A stretch of 63,007 nt of DNA, filler included, from Craspedostauros australis (lineage: Eukaryota), in assembly GCA_030167865.1 (NCBI GenBank). It is 12 parts of 12 records of this genome, joined end to end, with 100 filler letters (N's around TTAATTAATTAA, not from the genome) between each part and the next. Parts side by side here need not be neighbours in the genome. Positions count along the whole stretch, not along the records: positions 1 to 16,623 come from JALAGF010001599.1; positions 16,724 to 33,616 come from JALAGF010001608.1; 10 more parts are not named here. One strand, 5' to 3'. Numbering within the stretch: the first letter of the stretch is position 1; every line of letters begins with the position of its first letter. Shown one piece after another: positions 10,842-22,938 of the stretch. The notes under the pieces are model-generated. The model saw nothing but the letters and a program-made list of their open reading frames with translations. It searched no databases and had not been told where the DNA came from. Position numbers and translations under genes: made by a program.

Positions 10842-13800
10842 ATGACGCCGGAAGACCTGAAAGCATGCCAGCAGATCGCGCAGAACCTGTCGTCCAAGAA
10901 GTACAAGGACAAGAACTACATGTTCCTTGCGCCATTTGACCTGAGCCAAACACCAGGATACATGGACGTCGTCGAGAAGGTGATGGATCTATCGACTCTG
11001 CTGAAGAATGTCACCAACAACGCGTACGCCACCAAGGACGACTTCTTCCAGGACGCAGCCACGGTCTTCGACAATGCCATTGCCTACCATTCGCCTCGCG
11101 AAACCACCTGGATCGCCAAGCTCGCCAAGGACATGCTCAAGATACTGGCGCGCGAGCGCAAGGCAGCTGAGAAGAAGTCAGAGAAGAAGGCAGCGGGCAG
11201 CTCCATCAGCTTCCTCTCCAAAAAGCGATCGTCGGACGGCAATGCAAAACTCAAAATCAGGCTCGGCGCCAGCGGCAGCGCAGGTGGCCGGTCAACGCCG
11301 ACGCCGGGCACGGCATCCGGGAAGTCATCGCCTGTGCCACCTGCGGCGTCTTCCGCATCCAGCAAACCAGCACCTCCGTCCGGCAAGCCAAAGCTCACAT
11401 TGAAGCTCAAACCGATATCGAAGCCGTCGGGGTCTGGGGCGGGAGGAGCAACGGCGTCATCCGGTGGTTCCGGTGCGAACGCATCAAAATCTGACGAGCC
11501 CAAACCGAAGAAGCGCAAGCTGACGATCAAGATGTCCAAGTCCAAGACCTCGGGTTCCACCTCTGCATCATCCGCATCCGCATCGAAACCATCCGCGCCT
11601 GCGACAAAGTCAAACGCCAAATCGTCGTCATCGTCATCATCTGCCGCAGCCTCGTCGTCTTCGCCCAAGCCTTCCAGCAGCAGCAGTCCCAAGATATCGC
11701 TCAAGGCGTCCAACCCATCACGGGGCAAGGAATTGCCCAAGGGCGTGGTCGCGGCAGCATCAACAGCATCCACTTCCAAATCGTCTTCACCGAAAACCTC
11801 TTCGTCCAGCGGGGCCACCACGAAGGGCAAGAAGTCATCATCGGCCTTGCCCACGATCAAAATCCGCGGCTCCAGCTCGTCCGCCACCACCACAAAGTCC
11901 AAGGTTGATTCGGCAACCACCAAAAAGACCACCACGAAGAAGACGAAAGCCGCGAGGGAGTCGACAACGAAAAAGTCAACCACGAAGAAAACTGGGACCA
12001 AGAAATCATCCGGTTCATCATCTGGTTCTTCCTCCATCAACCGCGGCATGATGTCCATGACGCCGCAACGCAAGGCGCAATGTGCCAAGGTCCTGTCCGG
12101 AATCAAACGGCGGAAGCAGTCCATCATGTGGTGGTTCTCGCACCCCGTCTCGGACAAGAACATCGTCCAGGATTATCGCAACAAGATCCCGTTCCCCATG
12201 GACCTCTCCTCCATGCAGTCCAAGCTGGAAAAGAACCAGTACGCCACCATCGCGCAGTTCGCGCTGGATCTGCGGCGCATCTTCTCCAACTGCCTCCGCT
12301 TCAATACGGACGTCAAGGAACAGCTGCGCGGCATTGCCAAGGAAGGGCTCGTCGCGTCGGAGGAGCTCATGATTTACTTCCTTGCCAAGCCGGAGCAACC
12401 GAGCACGGTGTACCCGCCCCTGCTCTACTGCTGGAACCAATGCCTCCTCGTGCTCGACGAGCTGCTGTCGCTGACGAATCCGGAAGACAGCCATCAGACA
12501 GCCTTGTACTTTTTGTTCCCGGTCTCATTCTACTGCGGTGGACAATTCCCGCCAGATTACCTCGATAAGGTCGCGAAGCCGATGGACTTCGGTACCGTCA
12601 CAGCCAATCTGGTGGAGGGGAACTACACCAACGTGGACGCTTTTGCAGCCGATTGCAACCTCGTCCTTGAAAACTGCAACACGTACTACGGCGGCAGGCA
12701 GGATGGCAAGATGTTCGTGGACCAAGCCAATCGATTGAAGGCGAGGCTTCAGACGAGGATCAAATCGCTCAAGAGCGACCTGGACTCCAAGTTCGGGGAA
12801 GAGCTGCGCGCACGTGCTGCTTCCGCCATCAAATCCTCCAGCTTGCCGCAGCCGCCACCGGTCCTGTTGCTCAGCGTATTGACGGATCTGCGATCGACCA
12901 AGTACACGGACAAGGCGACGAAGATCACGGAACCAGCGACGGCCCCCTTCGAACACCCCGTGTCGATTGTGGCATTTCCGGATTACAACAAATTCGTCAC
13001 CATCCCCATGGACTTGCAAACAGTGGAACGCAAGATCAAGGCAGGTCTGTACGCTACACCGGAGGACTTCGAGAGCGAGGTCATGCTCGTGTTCAACAAT
13101 GCCATAGCGTACAACACGTCGAGGAAGTCGGACCACCTGGTGGCCATGGCCAAGTACGGTCTCAAACACTTTCGCAAGATATTCGCGGCCCGGATCCTTT
13201 CATTCGATGACCCTGCGGCTGCCGCCAAGGAGAGCACGTCGAAGGATGCGCAGCGCCGATCATCGCTATCATCCGTCACGTCGCAAGGTCCGACGAAGAA
13301 GATGAAGCTGGAATCATCTTCGATCTCATCGAAGTCCAAAACGACCAACAAATCCAGCACCAAATCCAGCTCGAAATCGACGGTGAAGGGAACGAACAAG
13401 TCATCCACGAAGGGAAGCACCAAAAACACAGCAAAAAGCACCACCAAAGGGACGACGAAGAGCACCACCAAAGCAACGTCGAAGAACACATCGAAGGCAA
13501 CCAGCAAGAACACGCCACGGATATCGCTGTCCATGTCTTCGAACGCGCCACCGGCACCACCCACGCAGTCAAAACCAAAAACAAAGGTCTCGTCCAACAG
13601 GGCTAAGCTGCCACCACCTAGCACCAATCAGCCCGTTCCTCTGCACATCGCCATCGCCCGTGTCAAAGAAGGATTTCCTGTGCGTCGCAATGTCAAGACG
13701 TTGGAATCGTGGGAGGCGATCTGCTCTCGTTTCTTCAAGGACATGATGCGACATCCCTGGATTTCCGCCGCCAGGCCCAAGTTCATCTTTCACGTTCCCG

Positions 13801-15227
13801 TCCCGGCTTTGTTCCCGGAAGTGCGAGACGCCTACGCCGTCAAGATCCGCAAGCCCATGGATCTGACGACAGTGGAGTGCAAGCTGTTGGCTGGAGGGTG
13901 GTACAAGTCACCGGAAGATTTCATCAGCGACGTGGCGTTGATCTTCTCCAACGCCATCGCCTTCAACAAGGACGGTAGGGATGCGGGTGACCCGCTTTCC
14001 TGCGCCTACTACGATGCGTCGGTCCACCTGCTGCGGTATTCGCGATGGTTGTCGATGGAACATTTCAGCCAGTACTTGGAAGACACGGACCACTGCGATG
14101 AGGATGACACCGCCACGAAGCTGCCACCGTCGATGTGGAGATTCACAACGGGCAATCGAGCGAAGGCGCGACAGGAGATGTCGGCCATCGTTCTGAACGA
14201 GCCGCTGGAGAAGAGTCTGGAGGGTGACCGATACACCTGGATGGAAAGCGAGTGCGAGAAGCTCCTGAAGGCGCTGAGGCACCAGTCCGATCTGAGGCAC
14301 ATGACCTTCTTCATCCAGGCCAACTACCCCGCTGACTACACGGCCTTCATTTCAAAGCCGATGGACTGGGAGAAGGTGCAAAAAACGCTCAAGAAGCGTC
14401 AGTACAACAACTTCAGGGGCATTATCGACGATCTGCGCCTGATCTTCACCAACGCTCTGAAGTACAACGCCAGCCACGAGGGCGCGGACACCGTGTCCGG
14501 ACGGGCGTTCGACGCCGCCAAGTTCATGTCCGCCAAGCTGGAGACGGCGATCAACAAGGTGATGCTCTCCGTTAGCGATCGCTTGGAGCGCGAGCGCATC
14601 GATCACAACAACGCCGAACGTGAGATCGAGGCCGCAGAACGTGCCGAGGAAGAACGCATCCGAGCGCAATGGAAAAGCGAGAACAAGGACAGCGCCGGCA
14701 TGGACGGATCGAAGCACCCGGAACGTTCCCAGAATGTCCGCTCGCATAAGCGTTCCGCGTTCCGCCGAGCATCCGACGCTGACTTCGAGGTTCCCTTCTT
14801 TGACGAGGAAGATGATGGCCATCACGAACGATCCTACGTGGAGACCGGACGGGAGCAGAAGGCGATGTTCGAACGGCAGCGCCAAGATCTTCAAAAAATG
14901 CGCGCTGTCTCGTCGTCAGTTGGTGCCAGCGTGTTCCTGCGTCATCAAAAGACTCAGCAGGCCGAGAAATGGCTGGAAGAAGAGCTGAGGAAGCTCACGG
15001 CCAAGGCGCAGGATGATCTGAAGGCAACGGGCGGTGAGACTGGCGGAGTGGGAGGAGAATCCAAGGTCCTGGAAAAGATCGAGGATCCCAACAGACCCGC
15101 CCTTCAGATAAAGCTATTGCCGATAGCGACGAAGAAGGCAGCCACAGCATCGAAGTCGAAAGATACGGACAAGAAGAAAAAGAAGAAGAAAAGGAAGCGA
15201 GCCGTGAATGCCTTCGAACTGGATTAG
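10842..15227 (+). CDS. Multi-bromodomain nuclear protein, 1461 aa: six bromodomain-like units, Ser/Lys/Thr-rich linkers, C-terminal coiled coil and poly-Lys NLS
   Basis: Six units with (P/V)MD(L/F/W) followed by an N(A/C)xx(Y/F) helix: FDNAIAYH, FSNCLRFN, LENCNTYY, FNNAIAYN, FSNAIAFN, FTNALKYN. The ATG follows TTGCAG-C, so a short upstream exon is possible. Confidence 0.9.
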   Translation: MTPEDLKACQQIAQNLSSKKYKDKNYMFLAPFDLSQTPGYMDVVEKVMDLSTLLKNVTNNAYATKDDFFQDAATVFDNAIAYHSPRETTWIAKLAKDMLKILARERKAAEKKSEKKAAGSSISFLSKKRSSDGNAKLKIRLGASGSAGGRSTPTPGTASGKSSPVPPAASSASSKPAPPSGKPKLTLKLKPISKPSGSGAGGATASSGGSGANASKSDEPKPKKRKLTIKMSKSKTSGSTSASSASASKPSAPATKSNAKSSSSSSSAAASSSSPKPSSSSSPKISLKASNPSRGKELPKGVVAAASTASTSKSSSPKTSSSSGATTKGKKSSSALPTIKIRGSSSSATTTKSKVDSATTKKTTTKKTKAARESTTKKSTTKKTGTKKSSGSSSGSSSINRGMMSMTPQRKAQCAKVLSGIKRRKQSIMWWFSHPVSDKNIVQDYRNKIPFPMDLSSMQSKLEKNQYATIAQFALDLRRIFSNCLRFNTDVKEQLRGIAKEGLVASEELMIYFLAKPEQPSTVYPPLLYCWNQCLLVLDELLSLTNPEDSHQTALYFLFPVSFYCGGQFPPDYLDKVAKPMDFGTVTANLVEGNYTNVDAFAADCNLVLENCNTYYGGRQDGKMFVDQANRLKARLQTRIKSLKSDLDSKFGEELRARAASAIKSSSLPQPPPVLLLSVLTDLRSTKYTDKATKITEPATAPFEHPVSIVAFPDYNKFVTIPMDLQTVERKIKAGLYATPEDFESEVMLVFNNAIAYNTSRKSDHLVAMAKYGLKHFRKIFAARILSFDDPAAAAKESTSKDAQRRSSLSSVTSQGPTKKMKLESSSISSKSKTTNKSSTKSSSKSTVKGTNKSSTKGSTKNTAKSTTKGTTKSTTKATSKNTSKATSKNTPRISLSMSSNAPPAPPTQSKPKTKVSSNRAKLPPPSTNQPVPLHIAIARVKEGFPVRRNVKTLESWEAICSRFFKDMMRHPWISAARPKFIFHVPVPALFPEVRDAYAVKIRKPMDLTTVECKLLAGGWYKSPEDFISDVALIFSNAIAFNKDGRDAGDPLSCAYYDASVHLLRYSRWLSMEHFSQYLEDTDHCDEDDTATKLPPSMWRFTTGNRAKARQEMSAIVLNEPLEKSLEGDRYTWMESECEKLLKALRHQSDLRHMTFFIQANYPADYTAFISKPMDWEKVQKTLKKRQYNNFRGIIDDLRLIFTNALKYNASHEGADTVSGRAFDAAKFMSAKLETAINKVMLSVSDRLERERIDHNNAEREIEAAERAEEERIRAQWKSENKDSAGMDGSKHPERSQNVRSHKRSAFRRASDADFEVPFFDEEDDGHHERSYVETGREQKAMFERQRQDLQKMRAVSSSVGASVFLRHQKTQQAEKWLEEELRKLTAKAQDDLKATGGETGGVGGESKVLEKIEDPNRPALQIKLLPIATKKAATASKSKDTDKKKKKKKRKRAVNAFELD

Positions 15228-15792
15228 ACCTGGGTGATGGTGGATATGAATAGAGCAAGCCAGTGCGATACACATATCACGTGCCGGCATGTACAAATTT
15301 GTATACAGGGAATGATGGATTCACAGTTGTTATAAATAATATAACATAGTATTATAATAGATGGGATGGATTACCATGATGTATTGTATTGCATCAGAGT
15401 AGAAGATGAATGATGTACTTGTCAGCGGTGTAGCACTGTCAGCCGACCGCAAGCGCGGGTTGGGGTTGCCACGAGAAATAGTAGTCCAAACAACACTCGT
15501 CAATTTCGTAATTTCAAGTCGTGGATGCTATGTTCGAAATGGTGCGACGAGGATGACCCTCCGAAAAGCACACAGAGAAAGACACGATACGACGCGTCGA
15601 GCTGGGTTCGTTTTTTGGTGCGCATCACAATGGCCTGACAAAGTGCCATTTGAGTGCGGAGAGATAGACACAGCGAGAGAGTGCAGACCCATCGCAAAGG
15701 CAGCACCATCGAAGCCTCCATCGTGGCTACTCTCGCAAGACCCCATCTGTTTTCTACGCGTGAACAAGCAACATCAAGCGCACGGCCGAAAT

Positions 15793-16623
15793 ATGAAGCA
15801 GGCGAACCGACCAAAAGGAAGTCGCCACAAGCGGATGGCCTGCGGCATCGTTGCGCTTTTCGTCCTGCACTTCGCCGGCGACATTCGCAATGTGCGTTAC
15901 TCCGCGAAGGTGATGCAACAGCAACAGCAACCCATTGCCGCACAGCAACAGCAACAGCAACCCATTGCCGCACAGCAACAGCAACAGCAAGATCCTTGGC
16001 AGGAATTGAATGAGGGTCTCCCATCGACCGTCTCGAACTACGCAACAACTGATGGGCTATCAACGCAATCCATGTCGCAGAGTTGCCTGCGATTGAATTC
16101 TCAAGAGTGGCTGTTGGGACCAAGATTTCAGAATGCTGTGAAAAACAGAGCCAACGAGGATGATTCCTTGTTCCGTTGGCTGGATGCATTGGAGGGATCG
16201 ATTGACGGCGCTGCTGCGGATGATGCTGGTGATACCAGCAGCCATGCGGACATGCCACAACAGCAACATCAGATGCAGTTCATGGACGTGTTCAGTTCGA
16301 CAGTGTGCTCTCCCACATCTCGCATAAGGTCATCGTGGCGCGGTGACGATGGCTTCATCGGTGAACAAGACAACACGTCCGACTCATCCAATGAGCGAGT
16401 GTCGATGTGGAAGATCCGGATGATCTACATCGCGATTCACTACCATCAGCATCGGCATGCCATGCCTGAAGGCAAGTTGAGGCGGGCAGCATCCGCCACT
16501 GATGCGGCCGGAAGCCAAGCCGACGATGCGACAGCCGGTCAATGCGATGAAGAGCGCAAGCGATTTCACGTGGGTGCTTTCGATTATGAATGCCCCAATG
16601 CCAAGCTGCTGATTGCCGAAATG
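15793..16623 (+). CDS. Partial type II membrane protein (possibly glycosyltransferase-like), 3' end cut by linker
   Basis: Basic N-terminus, hydrophobic anchor ACGIVALFVLHFAG, Gln-rich stem, then globular-looking sequence (IYIAIHYHQH...FDYECPNAKLLI) open up to the gap. Function is an inference from topology only. Confidence 0.55.
15915..15990 (+). repeat. In-frame 30-bp tandem repeat (about 2.5 copies) encoding QQQQQQPIAA
   Basis: GCAACAGCAACAGCAACCCATTGCCGCACA repeated exactly. Confidence 0.9.
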
Positions 16624-16723
16624 NNNNNNNNNNNNNNNNNNNNNNNNNNNNNNNNNNNNNNNNNNNNTTAATTAATTAANNNNNNNNNNNNNNNNNNNNN
16701 NNNNNNNNNNNNNNNNNNNNNNN
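16624..16723. other. Artificial contig linker N44-TTAATTAATTAA-N44
   Basis: Identical 100-nt string occurring 11 times; gives stops in all six frames. Confidence 0.99.
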
Positions 16724-16870
16724 AGCAGTGAAGGTGGAGCCATCGGCTTGCTTGAGTTGGATGGGGTTGGGATTGGCCATCATGGCGAGTGTTGGAGCTG
16801 TCATCCATGAGGAGGCAACGGCGGCAGCCGCCCACCCAAGCAATGCGCTCTTGGCGACGTTGAATCTCAT
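16724..16870 (-). CDS. 5' fragment of a secreted protein, probably an M6 (immune inhibitor A-like) metalloprotease; cut by linker
   Basis: Signal peptide followed by AMMANPNPIQLKQADGSTFT, resembling the A.PA.P......Q.DG. propeptide start of M6-domain proteins. Only 49 aa are visible. Confidence 0.55.
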
Positions 16871-19800
16871 CGTTGCTCTCTGTTTCTTATCTCTGCTTCT
16901 ACTTGTTGATGCTGTTGTTGTGATTGTGATTGCACTTGTGTTTGTGGGGCTATCCTTGTGATTGTATTATAGCTGGTGCGTCTCGAGTTTTGTGAGCTTC
17001 CCAATTGCGATGGAGCCTTGTCCTAATCGCCTCGTCAGGTACAGCGACGCTTGGGGGCGGAAGTCCTCTGACAGTGCTTTTGGGCGTGACAGAACGTGAC
17101 GTGATGCAACGCGATGTTCCAACCGTTGCTTTCCTCTCTTTTTCAGTCTTGGCGACTTTGTGATCTTGTTTCACATCAATACCATCGTCGGCTGCCAATC
17201 ACTTCACCTTTGTTTCTGTCGTTCGCGCTAACAATTAGGAGTACATTGATAAACTCTATCCCACGAGAGGTAGATAAACGAACGATATAATTAACGAATC
17301 GTGCACTTAGTCGTGTCACAAACGACATCGATCATGTCACATCCGATGCCAGTACCACCCAAAGCGTTGTTGTTTCTTGTGTTTGCTTCTTGTTGTCTTG
17401 GTGTTGTCTTGCGAACACGCGAAGTTTGCGACTCACAAGAAGCTTCATTGCTACCGCACAGGCATAGCACATACACACGCTCTTAAGTATTCACACGAAT
17501 ATGACAACGGCCTTTTCGAACTATGACCGTTACAATTTTATCACAGGAACAAGTGCCTTGAATTGCTTATGGTACGATCCATCAATTCAAATGACCTCCA
17601 GTCACTTGGTACTGGTCGCAAGTCGCACTATTTCTCCGCTCTTTCGAGTTCTCTGTGCGACATGAGATCGGACTGTATTTAACGTTAAACGGCTATACTG
17701 AAAGCTGCGGTAAAATATGCTACTGTTTTTCCCAATATGTCTGACGAGTGCCGCACGCTCGCAACCGCGTCATCAAGAGACTGTTGCTGTCTGGACGGTG
17801 TCGCAACAATACGTCATCATTGGAGTCATTGCACCAAGTGGAGCAGTTAGATACCCCAATTTTGGTGTCATATATTCGTTCAATTTGTCTCGTTTCTGTT
17901 CGTGGCGATCATGTGGGCTGATGCGAACTTCGTGAGTCGACTACGGGCTAGGTCGTCACGGTCTACAAGCCATCATTTTGGGAGTGCCCTGCTGCACCTC
18001 ATGATCGCAATTACAGCATCATTATCCGCATTGAATTAGAATACACGACTACCTACCGCCACCATCAAGGTCTCGATCTTCCATGGCTGGCCACATTCTG
18101 CTTGCGTTCATTCAACGCTCTTGTATGTATCCAATTAGTGCATGCTGTGCGTTGCGCGCTGGAACTTGCTCGTTCCGTTCCGATTTGTTGTCGTCGACGT
18201 CTCCACGATGTACCTTGCCACTTCCTCAGTGTGTAGCTTCGGACGAGAGCCCTTTGTGTATGCCCTTGACTATTTGTTAGATAGACTATTTGCGACACGA
18301 AACCAATCCAGTCTTGCGCACAACGTGTATTAGTCACGAAATAAGTCACGACTCTGAGTCGTGTTACCGATCCATCCAGTCGAATCAATCAAGACTCGAA
18401 CTGTAGGGAAGAATTGCACGTGAAAGGACACGTCGTCACCCACACACTTGCCTCCGTCCAGGGTTTGGTGAAACGCAGACGTTGGTCTCGAAATGCAGGC
18501 GTGGGTGCGATCGAGGAACAAGTCCAGGCTGCAGAAGAGAGAGGCAGGTCGAGATATCACAATCTACTTTACACCAATATCTGCAATCGTCCGCTGGCAT
18601 AAGACACTGTGCGAACTGCGTTCTTGGATTCACGTAAAACGGAAACCCAACACCGAAATGCGGTATCGAGAACGCTGCAGAAGACTGTCCCCTGTCGCCA
18701 TGCGTTCCTTGGATTGGTTTCTAGACTGATGGCGGTGCAAGCAAGGATCCTGGCATCATTCATATCTCCGTGGCTACGATACTTGAAATAGAGAGAATTG
18801 GATAGAAGCTTTCCATCACTGCACCAACCACAAATAGAGTTGAGTAGATCAAAAGAAACTTCTGGAGTCCGCTGTCGTTGCTTCTCTTGGAATCGTTGTT
18901 GGTGCTTGCTCGATTGTTCAGGCGCCGGATGCTGGCGATGATTTGGGATCGCGATCATTCAAGCTTCACGCTGCCCACTCATGACGAATCTGGTTCTATA
19001 GTTGCTGCGGGTCGGTTCACTTAGGTGCCAGCGCCGCTGCCGCTGCCTTCCATGTGCCCATCCGCCTATCGTCTTTGATTGTTCCGTTTGCTCCATTGAT
19101 TGCGTTTTCTGTGGTTTCTCTGTCACAGATCTTCCGAGCTGTCCGTGCAACTTGTTGTGACCGTGTTGTATGTGCAACATGAGGACGCTGGCTGCGACAC
19201 TCGTTGTTTTTGCGTGTTGACACCAACTGTGGTGTTCACCCCGCGCTCGATATTCATAGTAATTTCGTGTGTCTCATGTCGTTCCTGTCACGCGAACATA
19301 CAACTTATTAAAGTCTGATTATAATAATAATTGACAGTTGCCATCGCCATTTCCTCACGTTTTCGCCATCTCTTTCTCTTCCTCTTCAGGCACCATTTTG
19401 CGAACAAAACGAGAGCAACTGCGAGTCGAGCGTGTGAACAACAGCGACATCTGCGCAATTCAGCCTGCAATAGTCGTACTAATGCATGTCACTGTATCGT
19501 GTTGCTGTCTCTTTTTGTTTGCAGCACAGGTTCTGAAAGAGATTGACATACGCGTCACAACTGCTCCCATCTTGTGCGAGAAAGATAACGCTGGAGACAA
19601 AGCACCAAGCGGCCAAGTGACCACGCAGCATCAGCATTGGCACAGAACGCACATCGTCACCTCAGTTGCCATTGTTGCCACAGACCACAGTCGCAAGGGT
19701 GAAAGCAAGTTGAAGCACAGCTATAAACAGCACATCACAGACATTGCAACATCATTGACGACAGTTGGATCGATCAAGCAAGAGAGGAAGCAAGCCAAAG

Positions 19801-19907
19801 CTCAACCGCAAGTATCGTCGGCTGCGAAGGAACCGGAGGAGGTGCTGGACGTGGTTCTGCCCACTTTCGTGCATTCTACGTTGGATTGATCCGTCTTTGA
19901 GAGCACT

Positions 19908-21746
19908 ATGACGGCGTACGAGCTCAGGACGGGCACGTTGGACAGCGACATCAGCGATCCCGTTCAGCTCGCCTTCGACAACTCCTTGGATCCCACAGAC
20001 AGCGGATTCCCGAACGGTGGTGCAGACCATGGCGTGATCGAGAAGAAGGCGACCGCCTCCACCTACTCCGGCAGCTACTCCTCCGAAGAGGATCAACGCA
20101 CTGGCCTCCATGATCAGGAGGGACAGCAGCAGCAACGAAGGCATCAGGATGGAGGGGACGCCAATTCTCGCGTCTTCTACGATGACCAAGGCAACCACTT
20201 TTACTCCAACGAGAGCACGTTCTTCGAGGAGGATACCCACTTCTACGAGCTGAGCCAAGCGAGCGGCCAGCAGCACGGCAGCGGCTCCCATCAGTACAGC
20301 AGCCAGGACGACACGCGTGACGACACCCACACAACGAACGAATCCAGCTATGGCACAACCACCAACTACAGCAGCACGAATGGAAGCACGGAATACAGCA
20401 CCAGCCACGGCACAGAGTTCAGCAGCAGTCAGCAACGCACGCAAGCAAGCAGCCACCAGCACAGCGCTTCCCACACCTCCGGATCGCGAACCAACGACGA
20501 CTGGGCGACGTCCTCGGTCGGGTCCGCAACCTACGGTTCCCGCACGCACCAGACCGACCTGGACGGGCTCAGCTTCTTGGAGGAGGAGGAGGAGGAGCAC
20601 GACGACGATCGTCACGCGGAACGTTCGCGAATGTCTCACACGACGCACACTTACACCACCGCCACGCAGACAACGGGCGATACCACCACAACGTCAGCAT
20701 CCCACCAGCAGTACAGCGCATCGCAACCTGATAGTGCAGTCTACACAACGCAGCTTCAATCACGCGCCAGCAACCATAGCGCCAGCAACCACCATCGACC
20801 GACCGTCGGCTTTCATACGAATTCGTCATCTCCGTTGCAGTCCGTTGCATCCAACGGCAGCGTCTCATCGTGGGAGCCAGAAACCACACGCAACGCGTCC
20901 TTGTTGGATGATGATGATACCGACGACGGCGAAACGTACGCGGACGGCACAACTCTCGGCGGTGACGACCAAACCTACTTCTCGTACGATTCCGATGACA
21001 GCACGGAGATGAACGTCCGCGAAACCTTCCGCGAAGTCGTCAAGAGCTTCAAGAATGGCGATTGCAACTTCGGCGGCGTCATCGGAAGCAACGGCTACGA
21101 CGATGACGAAGACGACGACGAAGAAACGTACGTGGACTTTCCGTACACACCTTCCGGCGGCTTGCGCAGCGTGCGATCCACCACATCGTACCGGAGCTCG
21201 AGATCGCGACGCAGCATGAGCGGCAACCGCAGCACGACGAGCAGAACCAGCCGGCGCAGCACGAGCAGTCGACGACGCCGCGGCGGAGAAGCCAGCACGA
21301 CGCAGGCCTTGTTCGACAAGGTGTCGGCGCTGGGTGAAGAGTTCATGCAGCTGCAGCTGAGCGGTTCGTCACGGTCGTCGCGAGACAACGAAAGCCGTCA
21401 CAGCAGTTCGCGTGGCAGCCGCGGTGGTAGTAGCAGGCGAAGCTCCGGAGGAGGACGCAGCAAAGAACGACCAATGAATATCATGGAATCATTCGTAAGT
21501 GACATGGGTGTGCTGATGAATGCATCATGTGAATATGGTTGGGTTTCTTTGCCCATGCTTTGCAACGATAGCATCTGACTCTCTCTCTCTCTCTCTCTCT
21601 TTGTCCCTCTGTATCGTTTTCTTTATTTGTCCCTCCATCCTTCCATGCTTGCATCATCAAACAATTCGCTCAACCCAAACCCTGCCACGCAACGAAACGG
21701 AAACGAGCAGCAAGACATCTTCAGCTGCGGCACCCGGAACTATTAA
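19908..21746 (+). CDS. Ser/Thr/Asp/Arg-rich low-complexity hypothetical protein; likely join(19908..21494,21711..21746)
   Basis: Long ORF with coding-like GC3 bias. GTAAGT at 21495 and CAG at 21708-21710 give an in-frame end MNIMESF|QDIFSCGTRNY*. The putative intron holds a (CT)n tract. Confidence 0.7.
21578..21600. repeat. (TC)n microsatellite within the putative intron
   Basis: About 11 uninterrupted dinucleotide units. Confidence 0.9.
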
Positions 21747-22938
21747 AGCGCAGAGGCTGGCACGACGAGAAGAGGAAGCGCATTCACACCGCAGGCAGCA
21801 GCAACAGCAGCAGCGACAGCGACAACCCAAAACGCAATTGGACTGATTGACTCCGTCCAATTACAAGGGGCTGACGCCCGCTCATCACTTGATGCATGCT
21901 GACCTCCCTTGTTCAGATCACAAACAAAACCACAGACACAGACACAGACACAGACACAAACGCACATGCATATGGAAATGCATATGGAAGTCCAGCACAC
22001 ACTACGATTAGACGGAGGACAACGGCGCTCCATTCATGCCATACCACACACGCATTTGGTGGGAGAGAAGGCACGTTCCCCCATCATACATATCTTCCTG
22101 CAAGTATCAAACCCTTCATGCGGATTTGCCGAAGACGACTCAGCACCACAACAACATGTTGCTGCGTCTCTTCGAGCCAAACCTTGTTCCTCCCCACCAT
22201 CGTCACCCTCCGTCACACCATGTCACTCTCAAACTTCTACCAACAACATCACTGTGCAGTCACCGCTTGTAAAAGTACAGAATAAATGTAATGCTTCGTA
22301 AGATGTGAATGTGAGATCATTTGAGTTTCGAGTCGAGCAGAGAAGAGAAGAGGAGAACTGTGTTGAAAGCTGAACAACTCTTCAGTGTTTGAGTGAGTGA
22401 TCTAGTCTCAATGTAGCCTTTCGTGTGAACACGTGATTGACGATCGGTGAAAGTGGCGAAACGCCCACATTTTCGTCGCCACATTTTGGCCCACGAACCT
22501 TCGAACAGAACGAAAAAAGATGCACGGCGCACCTCCGTGACAACCCAACGCATTCTTTTGGTAGATGTTCTTTCGCCATTTGATTCTGCATCACAGAAAC
22601 GTCAACAAAAGCATACGCTGTGGCGCCGATGATTCTAAACCGACCAGAGTGACCGGCACGAACAAGGGCTTCAACTCATAGTACCAACCAACACTCTACA
22701 CGCATTCCAAAGCATCAGTGCCGGTGCCAGTGCCAAATACAAGGAGTAGCTCGTACTCTCCCAAGCCAGGACTTGTCACTGCCACATTTGCGAACTTCAT
22801 CTCACCAGCAACGTCGTCATCAACATCAAAGCGTCACTTCCAGTGGAGTCCTCGACGACAGCTCACGACACCCAGCATACCATCGAACAACGAATACTCG
22901 CACACTTCGCCGTGGAAACGAAGAGAGATTTGCATACC

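Noticed and set aside
16668..16679. Recurrent palindrome TTAATTAATTAA as a biological motif (target site or CRISPR-like repeat)
   Set aside because: Always centred in exactly 44+44 Ns; it is an artificial six-frame-stop linker and explains the ORF tails ending XXX-LIN.
17000..19890. Possible small or multi-exon genes (e.g. 18569..18958 minus, 19338..19889 plus)
   Set aside because: I could not build a convincing spliced model or recognise a domain; needs transcript data.
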